This document shows positions 1 to 13,300 of a DNA stretch of 64,000 nt, one piece after another. Below the pieces are notes generated by a model. The model was given only the letters and a program-made list of their open reading frames with translations. It was not told the DNA's origin and ran no database searches. The stretch covers positions 8,308,001-8,372,000 of the forward strand of contig NC_090404.1 in the NCBI RefSeq assembly GCF_036365525.1, in the 5' to 3' direction. A program made the translations under genes and the position numbers. The stretch comes from Heterodontus francisci. Lineage: Eukaryota. Numbering within the stretch: position 1 is the stretch's first letter; each line of letters opens with the position of its first letter.

Positions 1-138
1 ATATAGGGACAGGTGGGGATGTGGTAGGAATATGGGATTAGTGTCGGATTAGTATAAAATGGGTGGTTGATGGTCGGCACAGACTCGGTGGGCCGAAGGG
101 CCTGTTTCAGTGCTGTATCACTAAACTAAACTAAACTA
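1..138 (+). mobile_element. HE1-type shark SINE, 3' end
   Basis: Matches the reverse complement of the full copies at 1016-1361 and 45783-46131; ends in a (CTAAA)n tail. Confidence 0.8.
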
Positions 139-289
139 GTTTATTCATCTTAACAGGCTGTGAAATCAGGTCCTGGATTCTAAAATACAGAAACAATAGA
201 ATCTCTCCTGGACAAAAAAGTCATTTGTTCACCAAAGCTCATGACAAAATCAGATAAACACAATTACAAATAAAATGGGCACTTCAGTT

Positions 290-940
290 CCTGCAATAAA
301 GTGATTCTCTTACAACTTTACAGGGCATTGGTGAGACTGCACCTAGAGTACTGCATACAGTTTTGGTCTCCTTACTTAAGGAGGGATGTACTTACATTGG
401 AAGCAGTTCAAAGAGGTTTCACATGGCTGATTCCTGGGATGAAATGATTGTCTTATGCGGAAAGGTTGATCAGGTTGGGTCGATACTCAATGGAGTTTAG
501 AAGAGTGAGAGGTGATCTTATAAAAACATATAACATTCTGAGGGGGTTTGAAAGGGTAGATGCTGAGAGGATGTTCCCCTCATGAGGGAATCAAGAACTA
601 GGGGGCACAGTTTCAAAATAAGGCGTCTCCCATTTAAGACAGGGGTGAAGAGGAATTTCTTCTCTCAGAGGGTTGTTGGTGTTTGGTATTATTTCCCCCA
701 GGGGGCAGTGGAAGCTGCGTCATTGAATATATTCAAAGCTGAGTTCGACAAATTTTTGATCTAAAAGACAAACAAGGGTTATGGGGGGGGGTGGTCGGGG
801 GGGGGGGGGTGGGCAGGGGTTGGGGTAGGTAGGAAAGTGGAGTTAAGGCCACGCTCAGATCAGCCATAATCTTATTGAATGGCAGTGCAGGCTCAAGGGG
901 CTCAATGACCTTCTCCTACTTCTGTTTCTTATGTTCTGAT
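290..940 (+). mobile_element. CR1-clade (HER1-like) LINE 3' fragment
   Basis: RT C-terminal motifs RTRGHSFKI / RNFFSQRVV in ORF 582-764. Confidence 0.8.
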
Positions 941-1015
941 AGATCGATAGACAGACAGACAGATAAATGAATTGTGAGACAGACAAATAGATAGATAGAA
1001 AGTGAGAGTCATATT

Positions 1016-1361
1016 AGTTTAGAGATACAGCACTGAAACTGGCCCTTCAGCCCACCGAGTCTGTGCCGACCATCAACCACCCATTTATACTAATCCTACA
1101 CTAATTCCATATTCCTACCACATCCCCACCTGTTACTATATTTCCCTACCACCTACTTATACTAGGGGCAATTTATAATGGCCAATTTACCTATCAACCT
1201 GCAAGTCTTTGACATGTGGGAGGAAATCAGAGCACCCGGAGGAAACCCACGCAGACACAGGGAGAACTTGCAAACTCCACACAAGCAGTACCCAGAATTG
1301 AACCCGGGTCGCTGGAGCTGTGAGGCTGCGGTGCTAACCACTGCGCCACTGTGCCGTCCCA
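1016..1361 (-). mobile_element. Full-length HE1-type tRNA-derived SINE
   Basis: Minus strand has a tRNA-like head (GGCGCAGTGGTTAGC...GGGTTCAATTC) and a CR1-like tail; near-identical to 45783-46131. Confidence 0.85.
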
Positions 1362-1445
1362 TATAGAAACATAGAAAATAGGAGCATGAGTCGGCCCTTC
1401 GACCTGCTCCGCCATTCAAATAAGATCATGGCTGATCATCTAATT

Positions 1446-2802
1446 CATAGAGTCATAGAGTAAAACAGCACAAAAACAGGCTCTTTGGCCCGTCATGCAC
1501 CTATCTATTCTAATCCCATTTTCCAGCACTTGGCCCGTTGCCTTGTATGTTACGGTGTTTCAAATCTAAATACTCATCTAAATACTTCTTAAATGTTGTG
1601 AGGGTTCCTGCCTCTACCACCTCTTCAAGCAGTGTGTTCCAGATTTCAATCACCATCTGGGTGAAATTTTTTTTCCTCAAATACCCTCTAAACCTCCTGC
1701 CCCTTACCTTAAATCTATTCCCCCTGGTTATTGATCGCTCTGCTAAGGGAAGAAGTTTCTTCCTATCTACCCTATCAATGCCCCTCATAAATTTGTATAC
1801 CTCAGTCAGGTCCCCCCTCACATCTTCTCTGCTCTAAGGAAAACAACCCTAAGCTATCCAGTCTCTCTTCATAGCTGAAATACTCCAGCCCAGGCAACAT
1901 CCAGGTGAATCTCCTCTGCACCCTTTCCAGTGCAATCACATCCTTCCTATAGTGTGGTGACCAGAACTGTACACAGTACTCCAGCGGTGGCCTAACTAGC
2001 ATTTGATACAGCTCTGTCATGACCTCCCTACTCTTATATTCTAAGCCTCAGCTAATAAAGGCAAATATCCCAAATGCCTTCCTAACTACCTTATCTACCT
2101 GTGCTGCTGCCTTCAGTGATCTATGGACAAGTACACCAAGGTCCCTCTGACCCTCTGTACTTCTTATGGTCCTACCATCCATTGTATATTCCCTCACCTT
2201 GTTAGTCCTCCCAAAATGCATCACCTCACACTGCTCAGGATTAAACTCCATTTGCCACTGCTCCGTCCGTCTTACCAGCCCATCTATTTCGTCCTGTAAC
2301 CGAAGGCTTTCCTCCTCACTATTTACGACACCACAAATTTTTGTGTCATCTGTGAATTCAGTACCCTGTTCCCACTTTCTCCCCATATCCCTTGATCCCT
2401 TTGGCATTAAGAAACATATCTATCTCCTTCTTGAATATATTTAATGACTTGACCTCCACTGCCCTCTGCGTTAGAGAATTCCACAGGTTCACCACTCTCT
2501 GAGTGAAGAAATTTCTCCTCATCTTGGTTCTAAATGGCATACCCCGTATCCTGAGACTGCGACTCCTGGTTCTGAACTCCCCAGCCATCGGGAACATCCT
2601 CCCTGCATCTAGCCTGTCTCGTCCTGTTAGAATTTTATAGGTTTCTATGAGATCCCCTCTCATTCTTCTAAACTCTAGTGAATGTAGGTGTCGTCGACCA
2701 AATTTCTCCTCCTACGTGAATTCTGCCATCCCAGGAATCAGCCGAGTAAATCTTCTTTGCACTCCCTCCATGGAAAGAACATCCTTCCTCAGACAAGGAG
2801 AC
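1446..2802 (-). mobile_element. Two adjacent CR1-clade LINE 3' fragments
   Basis: ORFs with FTDDTK, WQMEFN, LEYCVQFWSP and RGDLIETYKI motifs. Confidence 0.85.
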
Positions 2803-3334
2803 CATATCAATAGAAGTAAAGATAAACATTTATGTGTGAGGATTTAATTACTTTTGGTTGGAAGAGTACATTTCGTCTTGTGGATAGCTATCAGCAGCTG
2901 TATGCAATTTCTAATTGCTCTGGTACTTTGTGGGTAATATTTATTGAAAGGATGGGGTGAATCTTGAAACAATCTCCTAGAGATAAACTAGGCAAGGGGG
3001 ACAGGACTGAAGGTGAGCAATAGTGCACTACACTTTACACTACTGAGTGACAAAATCTGTTTTGTTAAAGTTTATTAATTCATCATTGTGTTGTGCTGTG
3101 TCCATTGCTGATAGGTTTATTTTAATGTTAAGGATTTTTTGGGGCAGGATTTTCTATTTAACTTTCATCTGACCCACTGATTGTTTTGGACAGAGTCTGC
3201 AACCGTGTCCTCACAGCACCACCACTTGGGCTGCCGTGGGTCCTACTGTCCACCCGATTATATATCTTTCAACTGGTTAAGTGGTGCCACTGAAACCAGC
3301 TCACACAAAATGATGTGTGTGTGTGTGTGGGTGT

Positions 3335-6040
3335 GTTATTTTTATTCATTCATGGGATGTGGCCATCACTGGCTAGGCCAGCATTTATTGCCTATCCCTA
3401 ATTGCCCTTGAGAAGGCGGTGGTGAGCTGCCTTCTTGAATCGCTGCAGTCCATGTAAGGTAGGTACATCCACAGTGCTGTTAGGAAGGGAGTTCCAGGAT
3501 TTTGACTCAGCGACAGTGAAGGAATGGCGATATAGTTTCAAGTCAGGATGGTATGTGACTTGGAGGGGAACTTGCAGGTGGTGGTGTTCCCATGTATTTG
3601 ATGCCTTGTCCTTCCAGTTGGTAGAGGTCGCGGGTTTGCAAGGTGCTGTCTAAGGAGCCTTGGTGCGTTGCTGCAGTGCATCTTGTACATGGTACACACT
3701 GCTGCCACTGTGCATCGGTGGTGGAGGGAGTGAATGTTTGTAGATGGGGTTCCAATCAAGCGGGCTGCTTTGTTCTGGATGGTGTCGAGCTTCTTGAGTG
3801 TTGTTGGAACTGCACCCATCCAGGCAAGTGGAGAGTATTCCATCACACTCCTGACTTGTGCCTTGTAGATGGTGGACAGGCTTTGGGGAGTCAGGAGGTG
3901 AGTGACTTGCCGCAGGATTCCTAGCCTCTGATCTGCTCTTGAAGCCATGATATTTATATGGCTACTCCAGTTCAGTTTCTGGTCAATGGTAGCCCCTAGA
4001 ATATTGATAGTGGGGGATTCAGCGATTGCAATGCCATTGAATGTCAAAGGGAGATGATTAGATTCTCTCTTGTTGGAGATGGTCTTTGCCTGGCACTTGT
4101 GTGGCGTGATTGTTACTTGTCACTTTTCAGCCCAAGCCTGGATATTGTCCAAGTCTTGCTGCATTTCTACACGGACTGCTTCAGTATCTGAGGAGTCACG
4201 AATGGTGCTGAACTTTGTGCAATCATGAGCAAACATCCCCACTTCTGACCTTATGATTGAAGGAAGGTCATTGATGAAGCAGCTGAAGATGGGTGGACCT
4301 AGAACATTACCCTGAGGAACTCCTGCAGTGATGTCCTGGAGTTCAGATGATTGACCTCCAACAACCACAACCATCTTCCTTTGCATTAGGTATGACTCCA
4401 ACCAGCGGAGAGTTTTCACCCTGATGCCCATTGACTCCAGTTTTGCTCGGGCTCCTTGATGCCATACTCAGTCAAATGCTGCCTTGATGTCAAGGGCAGT
4501 CACTCTCACCTCACCTCTAGAGTTTAGCTCTTTTGTACATGTTTGAACCAAGGCTGTAATGAAGTCAGGAGCTGAGTGGCCCTGGCGGAACCCAAACTGA
4601 GCGTCACTGAGCAGGTTATTGCTAAGCAAGTGCTTCTTGATAGCACTGTCGATGACATCTTCCATCACTTTACTGATGATTGAGAGTAGACTGATGGGGC
4701 GGTAATTGGCCGGGTTGGACTTGTCCTGCTTTTTGTGTACTGGACATACCTGGGCAATTTTCCACATTGCCGGGTAGATGCCAGTGTTGTAGCTGTACAG
4801 GAACAGCTTGGCTCGGGGCACGGCAAGTTCTGGATCACAGGTCTTCAGTAGTATTTCCGGAATATTGTCAGGACCCACAGCCTTTGCAGTATCCAGTGCC
4901 TTCAGTCATTTCTTGCTATCACGCGGACTGAATTGAATTGGCTGAAGTCTGGCATCTGTGATGCTGGGGACTTCAGGAGGAGGCCGAGATGGATCATCAA
5001 CTCGGCACTTCTGGCTGAAGATTGTTGCAAATGCTTCAGCCTTATCTTTCGCACTGATCTGCTGGGCTCCCCCATCATTGAGGATGGGGATATTTGTGGA
5101 GCCACCTCCTCCAGTTAGTTGTTTAATTGTCCACCACCATTCACGGCTGGATGTGGCAGGACTGCAGTGTTTAGATGTGATCCGTTGGCTATGGGATCGC
5201 TAAGCTCTGTCTATTGCATGCTGCTTATGCAGTTTGGCATGCAAGTAGTCCTGTGTTGTAGCTTCACCAGGTTGACACCTCATTTTGAGCTATGCCTGGT
5301 GCTGCTCCTGGTATGCCCTCCTGCACTTTTCATTGAACCAGGGTTGGTCTCCTGGCTTAATGGTGATGGCAGAGTAGGGAATATGCCAGGCCATGAGGTT
5401 ACAGATTGTGGTTGAGTATAATTCTGCTGCTGCTGATGGCCCACAGCGCCTTATGGATGCCCAGTTTTGCATTGCTAGATCTGTTTGAAATCTAAACCAT
5501 TTAGCACGGTGATAGTGCCACACAACACGATGGAAGATATCCTCAATGTGAAGGCGGGACTTCGTCTCCACAAGGAAAGTGCGGTGGTCACTCCTACCAA
5601 TACTGTCATGGACAGATGCATCTGTGGCAGGCAGATTGGTGAAGACGAGGTCAAGTATGTCTTTCCCTCTTGTTGGTTCCCTCACCACCTGCTGCATACC
5701 CAGTCTAAGACATGGCCAGTGCGGTCAAGAGTGCGAGCCAGTCTTGGTGATGGACATTGAAGTCCCCCACCCAGAGTACATTCTGCATCCTTGCCACCCT
5801 CAGTGCTTCCTCCAAGTGGTGTTCAACATAGAGGAGTACTGACTCATCAGCTGAGGGAGGGCGGTAGGTGGTAATCAGCAGGTGATTTCCTTGCCCATGT
5901 TTGACCTGATGCCATGAGACTTCATGGGGTCCAGAGTCGATGTTGAGGACTCCCAGGCGACACCCTGCTGACTGTATGCCACTGTGCTGCCACCTCTGCT
6001 GGGTCTGTGGGACGGGACATACCCATGGATGGTGATGGCA
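3335..6040 (-). mobile_element. Decayed CR1/L2-type LINE ORF2 (endonuclease end plus RT)
   Basis: ORFs with PTRGKDILDL, SDH, NYRPISLLS, QFGFR, LDIKAAFD and GVPQG motifs; frameshifted. Confidence 0.85.
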
Positions 6041-7769
6041 GTGTCTGGGACATTGTGTGTGGATGTGGATGTGTGGGTGGCTTTGTTTTGGGGATTTATT
6101 TGTGTTTGTGTGTGTGTGTTTGCTGTGTGGGTGGCTCTGTGTGTAGGGTAGATGTGTGTGTGTACATAATGTGTATATGTGGTGTATGTGTGCTTGTGTA
6201 TGGGTGCGATGTCATTCTTAATTCTTGCAATGTATTGCACCAAAATTAGTGATTATATCAATCAAGTGTTTTTCAGCATTTTATTCAATTTTGATTTATT
6301 CATAATGTCATAAAAGTGCAAATCATTTAATAAAAATAACAATTATTTATCTGTTGTATGCTTTTGTTTAGAAAGCGATCTCACACTGACCATTCCATTA
6401 CCAAGGCGAGCACGTATGTCACCGAACTCACTGCATCTCTCTCCTCTCTCAGGCACCACCAAACTAACTGAACCTCTCTCCTCTCTATCTCTCTCTCTCT
6501 CCGCTCTCTCTGTCTCTCACAGACAGAGCCTAACTCACTTAAAATCTCCTATTTTCTAAAAATTCTCTTTGCGGAAAATTCATTTTGTTAATTTCCCCTC
6601 ATTTCTGCCAGTGATTATCCTCAACCCATCTCCCCCCTTCAGTGAATACATTAAAACCCAAATAAACTCATGTGTTTTATTCTTTAAATAAGAATGGAGG
6701 TGAATGTAATGTTGAGACCAGAAGCAATCTGTGTGCTGGTTCTTGGTGCTGTCAGAGTGAATCCACCCTCACAGGCAGGAAGACTGTTCATGATGATAAC
6801 ATGAAACTGACACCTGCTATTTCATTCTCAGGCAAAACAACTTCCTGTTTCTCTGCTGCCGGTTCCAAACCGCGCATCTCACTTCTGAGCAGAAAATAAA
6901 TCCAGGGGCCACAATCTGATGGAAACATCTGCCAAGGCGGCCTATATCTGTCCACAGAGTCGGTGCAGAGTCACACAGATCACATTGTGGTGACATTTAC
7001 AAATGAACCTGTTGTTTCTGATTTGAGTCTCTATTTCTGGACATAACTGGCAGTGTCTTGTGGATCAGTGACTGAGCTCGCTCTGCTCTCTGAAACCGGG
7101 AGCTGGCAGTTTGCTCCCTTTCATTTTATATCATTCTCTCTGTGTGTTCCTTGTTTCCTCTATTACTCAGCTTTTATCTCTCACCACCTCGTGTTTCTGC
7201 CTTTTTTAGAGTCTCTCTCGGTCTTTCTCTTTCTCGTTCTTTCGCATCTCTCTCCATCTGTGTGTTCCTATTTAATAGAGATTTTCAAAATAATGAGGGG
7301 GTTTTAATAGATTATTTAAGGAGAAACAGGGGTTGTCCTCCTTTGAGCAGAGAAGATTAAGTGGAGATTTCATAGCAGTGTGCAAAATCAGGAAGGATTT
7401 TTGATAGGATAGGAAGAAACTGGTTCCAATAGCAGGACGGTTTGTAACTAGAGGGCACAGAGGGGGAGATGAGATTTTTTAAACACAGCAATTTGTTGTG
7501 ATCTGGAATGCAGAGCCTGAAAGGGTGCTTGAAGCAGACTGAATACTGAATAACTTTCAAAAGAAATTGGATAAATACCTGAAGGGGAAAAAATTGGCAG
7601 CTTAATGGAGAATGGGACTAATTGGACATTGAATATTCCTCTGGGAAAGTTCAGTCTTTTCAGTCGTAACGTGCCTCAAATAGAAGATTTAAAACATTGG
7701 TTTCTACGAACTCTCAGATCGGGGCCCCAGGTTTCTGTGTAACACGGGGGTACTGCAAAATAGAAAAAA

Positions 7770-8190
7770 GAGTGCAGTTCTATCATGATTTTCACACCAC
7801 CGGACGTCTCAAAACGCTTTATAGCTAATGAAGTAATTTTGATGTGGAGTCACTGTTGTAACGTCGGAAACATGGCAGCCAATATATGCACAGCAAGCTC
7901 CCACAAGCATCAACGTGATAATGACAAGATAATCTTTTATTGTGATGTTCATTAAGGGATAAACATTGGCCAGAACACCAGGGATAGCTTCTTCCAAACA
8001 GTAGTCTGGGATCTTTGACATCCACCTGAGCAAGCAGACGGGGCCTCGGTTTAACACCTCATCTGAGAGAGGGCACCTCCAGCAATGCAGCGCTCCCTCA
8101 CTGCTACACTACAATGTCAGTCTTGATTTTTGTGCTCAAGCTCTGGAGTGGGTCTTGAACTCAGACGCTTGTGACTCTGAGGCACAGCTG
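7770..8190 (-). mobile_element. Old SINE, probably DeuSINE (SacSINE1-like)
   Basis: Resembles the Deu-domain SINE consensus as recalled from memory; not database-checked. Confidence 0.45.
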
Positions 8191-9924
8191 CAGAAGGATG
8201 AGACGAACCAGATACTTTTCAGTTCCTCTGAGAGAGGCACCATTGTCACCTCAGATAGCAGAAATCTCTGGAGTCTGTCATGGTTACCCCCTTTGATGTA
8301 TCAGCTCTTAGTCAGGTGGAATCAGTCACACAAGAACACAAGAACACACAATAACACAAGAAGTAGGGGCAGGAGTAGGCCATTCAGCCCCTCGATCCTG
8401 CCCTGCCATTCAATAAGATCCGTCCCAGGCCTCAACTCCTCTTTCAGGCCTGCTCCACATAACCCTCAACTCCCTGAGAATTCATTATGTTTCCACTCCA
8501 ATTATTTTTTCCCATTAAAAGTTGATCTTGCTCCTGTTAGTGTTGCACTATGACAACATAGAGGGGAAAAGTTTAGGGGGGATATGCGTGGAAAGTTCTT
8601 TACGCAGAGGGTTGTGGGTGCCTGGAACGCGTTGCCAGTGGAGGTGGTAGACGCGGGCACGATAGCGTCTTTTAAGATGTATCTAGACAGATACATGAAT
8701 GGGCAGGAAGCAAAGAGATACAGACCCTTAGAAAATAGGCGACAGGTTTAGATAGAGGATCTGGATCGGCACAGGCTTGGAGGGCCGAAGGGCCTGTTCC
8801 TGTGCTGTAATTTTCTTTGTTCTTTGTTCTTTGTTCTATATCACACAAATCGCTGCGTCGCTCACCATAACACAGAAGCCTGCACTAGGCCCAAAACATC
8901 ATTGCTTCCCTGCAGCTTGTCTTCCTGTTGCAATCAGATGTTTATTAGACCCCCTGCCTTCCTCAGTGTAAGACTACCTGCAGCAAGAGCAGCCTCTGTT
9001 ACTGATACACTGGAGCTGGCTGCTCTAATTATTATTATACCGGATCCCAGTCTGCCTCGGGCTCTGCAGTCCCTTCACAAATCCAAGGGGGAAGAAATTG
9101 TTTTTCAGGAGTGGGTGGGCACGTCATACCTTCAATGATGTCCCAGGAAGCCCTGCCTCTCTGGATGGAGAAAGTGGCCAGAGTCCTCTCTCTTCCATTC
9201 CCCTCCGTCTAAGAAAATAGTAGGTAAAAGAACAGAAAGACTAACATTTATACCAGTATGATGAGCATCAGGCTAGATAATGTGGTCGAGTCTCTGGACT
9301 GGGTTTTAAACCCACAACCTTCTGACTCAGGGTTAGCAGTGTCACCGATTAGACCATGCTGACATAATCTGCTCCCAGTTCAAATTACACTGGACCGTAC
9401 CTGTGTTATTACACTAACCCCATCCCATTCCGATTGCAGTGGTCCTTGACTCTATTATAAGGCATGAGGCAAAGCATTTGCTGTTATATCAATCGGCCCT
9501 GACTCACACACACTATTATATGATATACAAACTTTGCTTTCAGTGCAATAATACTGCCTGTGTTATCATCACACTGGATCCAGTGATGTGTTCAGCAATA
9601 CACTGCAACCTGCCTCTGTTATTATTGGAGCAAACACTATCTTTTTCAGACTCAAAGTAAGCCAAGTCTTTGTTATTATTACTCTAGGCCAGTCTCCACT
9701 CTTATCGTATAAGACCCTGTCTGTGTAATTGTTAAACTTAAGACAGTTTCTAGAAAATAACCTGTTTATTATTCCAATTCAAGGGCATGCCTCTATTATT
9801 ATTGGAAACCTGTCCCTGTAAGTTTTTAATAGGAACGTGTTTCTGCTACCATTAAAGTTGATCTTGCTCCTGTTAGTGTTGCACGATGACAACTTAGAGT
9901 TATTATTGCACAAAATATTGTTTC

Positions 9925-10198
9925 AATTCTTTTTTTTTCTTTTTCTTTTGGGCCTCCTTATCTCGAGAGACAATGGATATGCGCCTGGAGGTGGTCAGTG
10001 GTTTGTGAAGCAGCGCCTGGAGTGGCTATAAAGGCCAATTCGAGAGTGACAGGCTCTTCCACAGGTGCTGCAGTGAAATTTGTTTGTCGGGGCTGTTGCA
10101 CAGTTGGCTCTCCCCTTGCACCTCTGTCTTTTTTCCTGCCAACTGCTAAGTCTCTGCGACTCGCCACAATTTAGCCCTGTCTTTATGGCTGCCCGCCA
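9925..10198 (-). mobile_element. RTE-clade LINE 3' end
   Basis: Near-identical to 19577-19790. Confidence 0.75.
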
Positions 10199-10332
10199 TA
10201 TTAAATATTATTTATTATTAAATAAAGACATGCTTCTTCTAGTTCCACCTTAGGACCTGTCTCTGTTATTGCTGCAATTGCCCATATCTCTGTTTATATT
10301 ACACCAGGTCCTGCTCCATTTATACTTCAGGA

Positions 10333-13300
10333 GTCCAAATCTCAGATTCTATTGCACCAGATCCTATCTCTGTTATTACTGAAGTAGTCCACATCTCTGA
10401 TTCTATTACACCAGGTCCCGTCTCTATTATTACTGAAGTAGTCCACATCTCTGATTCTATTAAACCAGGTCCTGTCTCTCTTATTACTGAAGTAGTCCAC
10501 ATCTCTGATTCAATTACACCAGGTCCTGTCTCTGTTATTACAGAAGTAGTCCACATCTCTGATTCTATTACACCAGATCCTATCTCTGTTATTACTGAAG
10601 TAGTCCACATCTCTGATTCTATTACACCAGGTCCTGTCTCTGTTATTACTGAAGTGATCCACATCTCTGATTCTATTACACCAGGTCTTATCTCTGTTAT
10701 TACTGAAGTGATCCACATCTCTGATTCTATTACACCAGGTCCTGTCTCTGTTATTACTGAAGTGATCCACATCTCTGATTCTATTACACCAGGTCCTGTC
10801 TCTGTTATTACTGAAGTGATCCACATCTCTGATTCTATTACACCAGGTCCTGTCTCTGTTATTACTGAAGTAGTCCACATCTCTGATTCTATTACACCAG
10901 GTCCTGTCTCTGTTATTACTGAAGTAGTCCACATCTCTGATTCTATTACACCAGGTCCTATCTCTGTTATTACTGAAGTAGTCCAAATCTCTGATTCTAT
11001 TACACCAGGTCCCGTCTCTATTATTACTGAAGTAGTCCACATCTCTGATTCTATTAAACCAGGTCCTGTCTCTCTTATTACTGAAGTAGTCCACATCTCT
11101 GATTCTATTACACCAGGTCCTGTCTCTGTTATTACTGAAGTAGTCCACATCTCTGATTCTATTACACCAGGTCCCGTCTCTATTATTACTGAAGTAGTCC
11201 ACATCTCTGATTCTATTAAACCAGGTCCTGTCTCTCTTATTACTGAAGTAGTCCACATCTCTGATTCTATTACACCAGGTCCTGTCTCTGTTATTACTGA
11301 AGTAGTCCACATCTCTGATTCTATTACACCAGGTCCTATCTCTGTTATTACTGAAGTGATCCACATCTCTGATTCTATTACACCAGGTCCTGTCTCTATT
11401 ATTACTGAAGTAGTCCACATCTCTGATTCTATTACACCAGGTCCTGTCTCTGTTATTCCTGAAGTAGTCCACATATCTGATTCTATTACACCAGATCCTA
11501 TCTCTGTTATTACTGAAGTAGTCCAAATCTCTGATTCTATTACACCAGGTCCCGTCTCTATTATTACTGAAGTAGTCCACATCTCTGATTCTATTAAACC
11601 AGGTCCTGTCTCTCTTATTACTGAAGTAGTCCACATCTCTGATTCAATTACACCAGGTCCTGTCTCTGTTATTACAGAAGTAGTCCACATCTCTGATTCT
11701 ATTACACCAGATCCTATCTCTGTTATTACTGAAGTAGTCCACATCTCTGATTCTATTACACCAGGTCCTGTCTCTGTTATTACTGAAGTAGTCCACATCT
11801 CTGATTCTATTACACCAGGTCCTGTCTCTGTTATTACTGAAGTGATCCACATCTCTGATTCTATTACACCAGGTCTTATCTCTGTTATTACTGAAGTGAT
11901 CCACATCTCTGATTCTATTACACCAGGTCCTGTCTCTGTTATTACTGAAGTGATCCACATCTCTGATTCTATTACACCAGGTCCCGTCTCTGTTATTACT
12001 GAAGTAGTCCACATCTCTGATTCTATTACACCAGGTCCTGTCTCTGTTATTACTGAAGTAGTCCACATCTCTGATTCTATTACACCAGGTCCTGTCTCTG
12101 TTATTACTGAAGTGATCCACATCTCTGATTCTATTACACCAGGTCTTATCTCTGTTATTACTGAAGTGATCCACATCTCTGATTCTATTACACCAGGTCC
12201 TGTCTCTGTTATTACTGAAGTGATCCACATCTCTGATTCTATTACACCAGGTCCTGTCTCTGTTATTACTGAAGTAGTCCACATCTCTGATTCTATTACA
12301 CCAGATCCTATCTCTGTTATTACTGAAGTAGTCCACATCTCTGATTCTATTACACCAGGTCCTGTCTCTGTTATTACTGAAGTGATCCACATCTCTGATT
12401 CTATTACACCAGGTCCTGTCTCTGTTATTACTGAAGTAGTCCACATCTCTGATTCTATTACACCAGGTCCTGTCTCTGTTATTCCTGAAGTAGTCCACAT
12501 ATCTGATTCTATTACACCGGATCCTATCTCTGTTATTACTGAAGTAGTCCACATATCGGATTCTATTACACCAGATCCTGTCTCTGTTATTACTGAAGTG
12601 ATCCACATCTCTGATTCTATTACACCAGATCCTATCTCTGTTATTACTGAAGTAGTCCACATCTCTGATTCTATTACACCAGGTCCCGTCTCTGTTATTA
12701 CTGAAGTGATCCACATCTCTGATTCTATTACACCAGGTCCTGTCTCTGTTATTACTGAAGTGATCCACATCTCTGATTCTATTACACCAGGTCCTGTCTC
12801 TGTTATTACTGAAGTAGTCCACATCTCTGATTCTATTACACCAGGTCCTGTCTCTGTTATTACTGAAGTAGTCCACATCTCTGATTCTATTACACCAGGT
12901 CCTGTCTCTGTTATTACTGAAGTGATCCACATCTCTGATTCTATTACACCAGGTCTTATCTCTGTTATTACTGAAGTGATCCACATCTCTGATTCTATTA
13001 CACCAGGTCCTGTCTCTGTTATTACTGAAGTGATCCACATCTCTGATTCTATTACACCAGGTCCCGTCTCTGTTATTACTGAAGTAGTCCACATCTCTGA
13101 TTCTATTACACCAGGTCCTGTCTCTGTTATTACTGAAGTAGTCCACATCTCTGATTCTATTACACCAGGTCCTGTCTCTGTTATTACTGAAGTGATCCAC
13201 ATCTCTGATTCTATTACACCAGGTCTTATCTCTGTTATTACTGAAGTGATCCACATCTCTGATTCTATTACACCAGGTCCTGTCTCTGTTATTACTGAAG

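Noticed and set aside
3194-3300. Ig C-domain-like peptide LGCRGSYCPPDYISFNW after an AG
   Set aside because: Too short before the Cys, no second half of the domain, and the homologous inverted copy at ~16740 lacks the Cys and frame; probably chance
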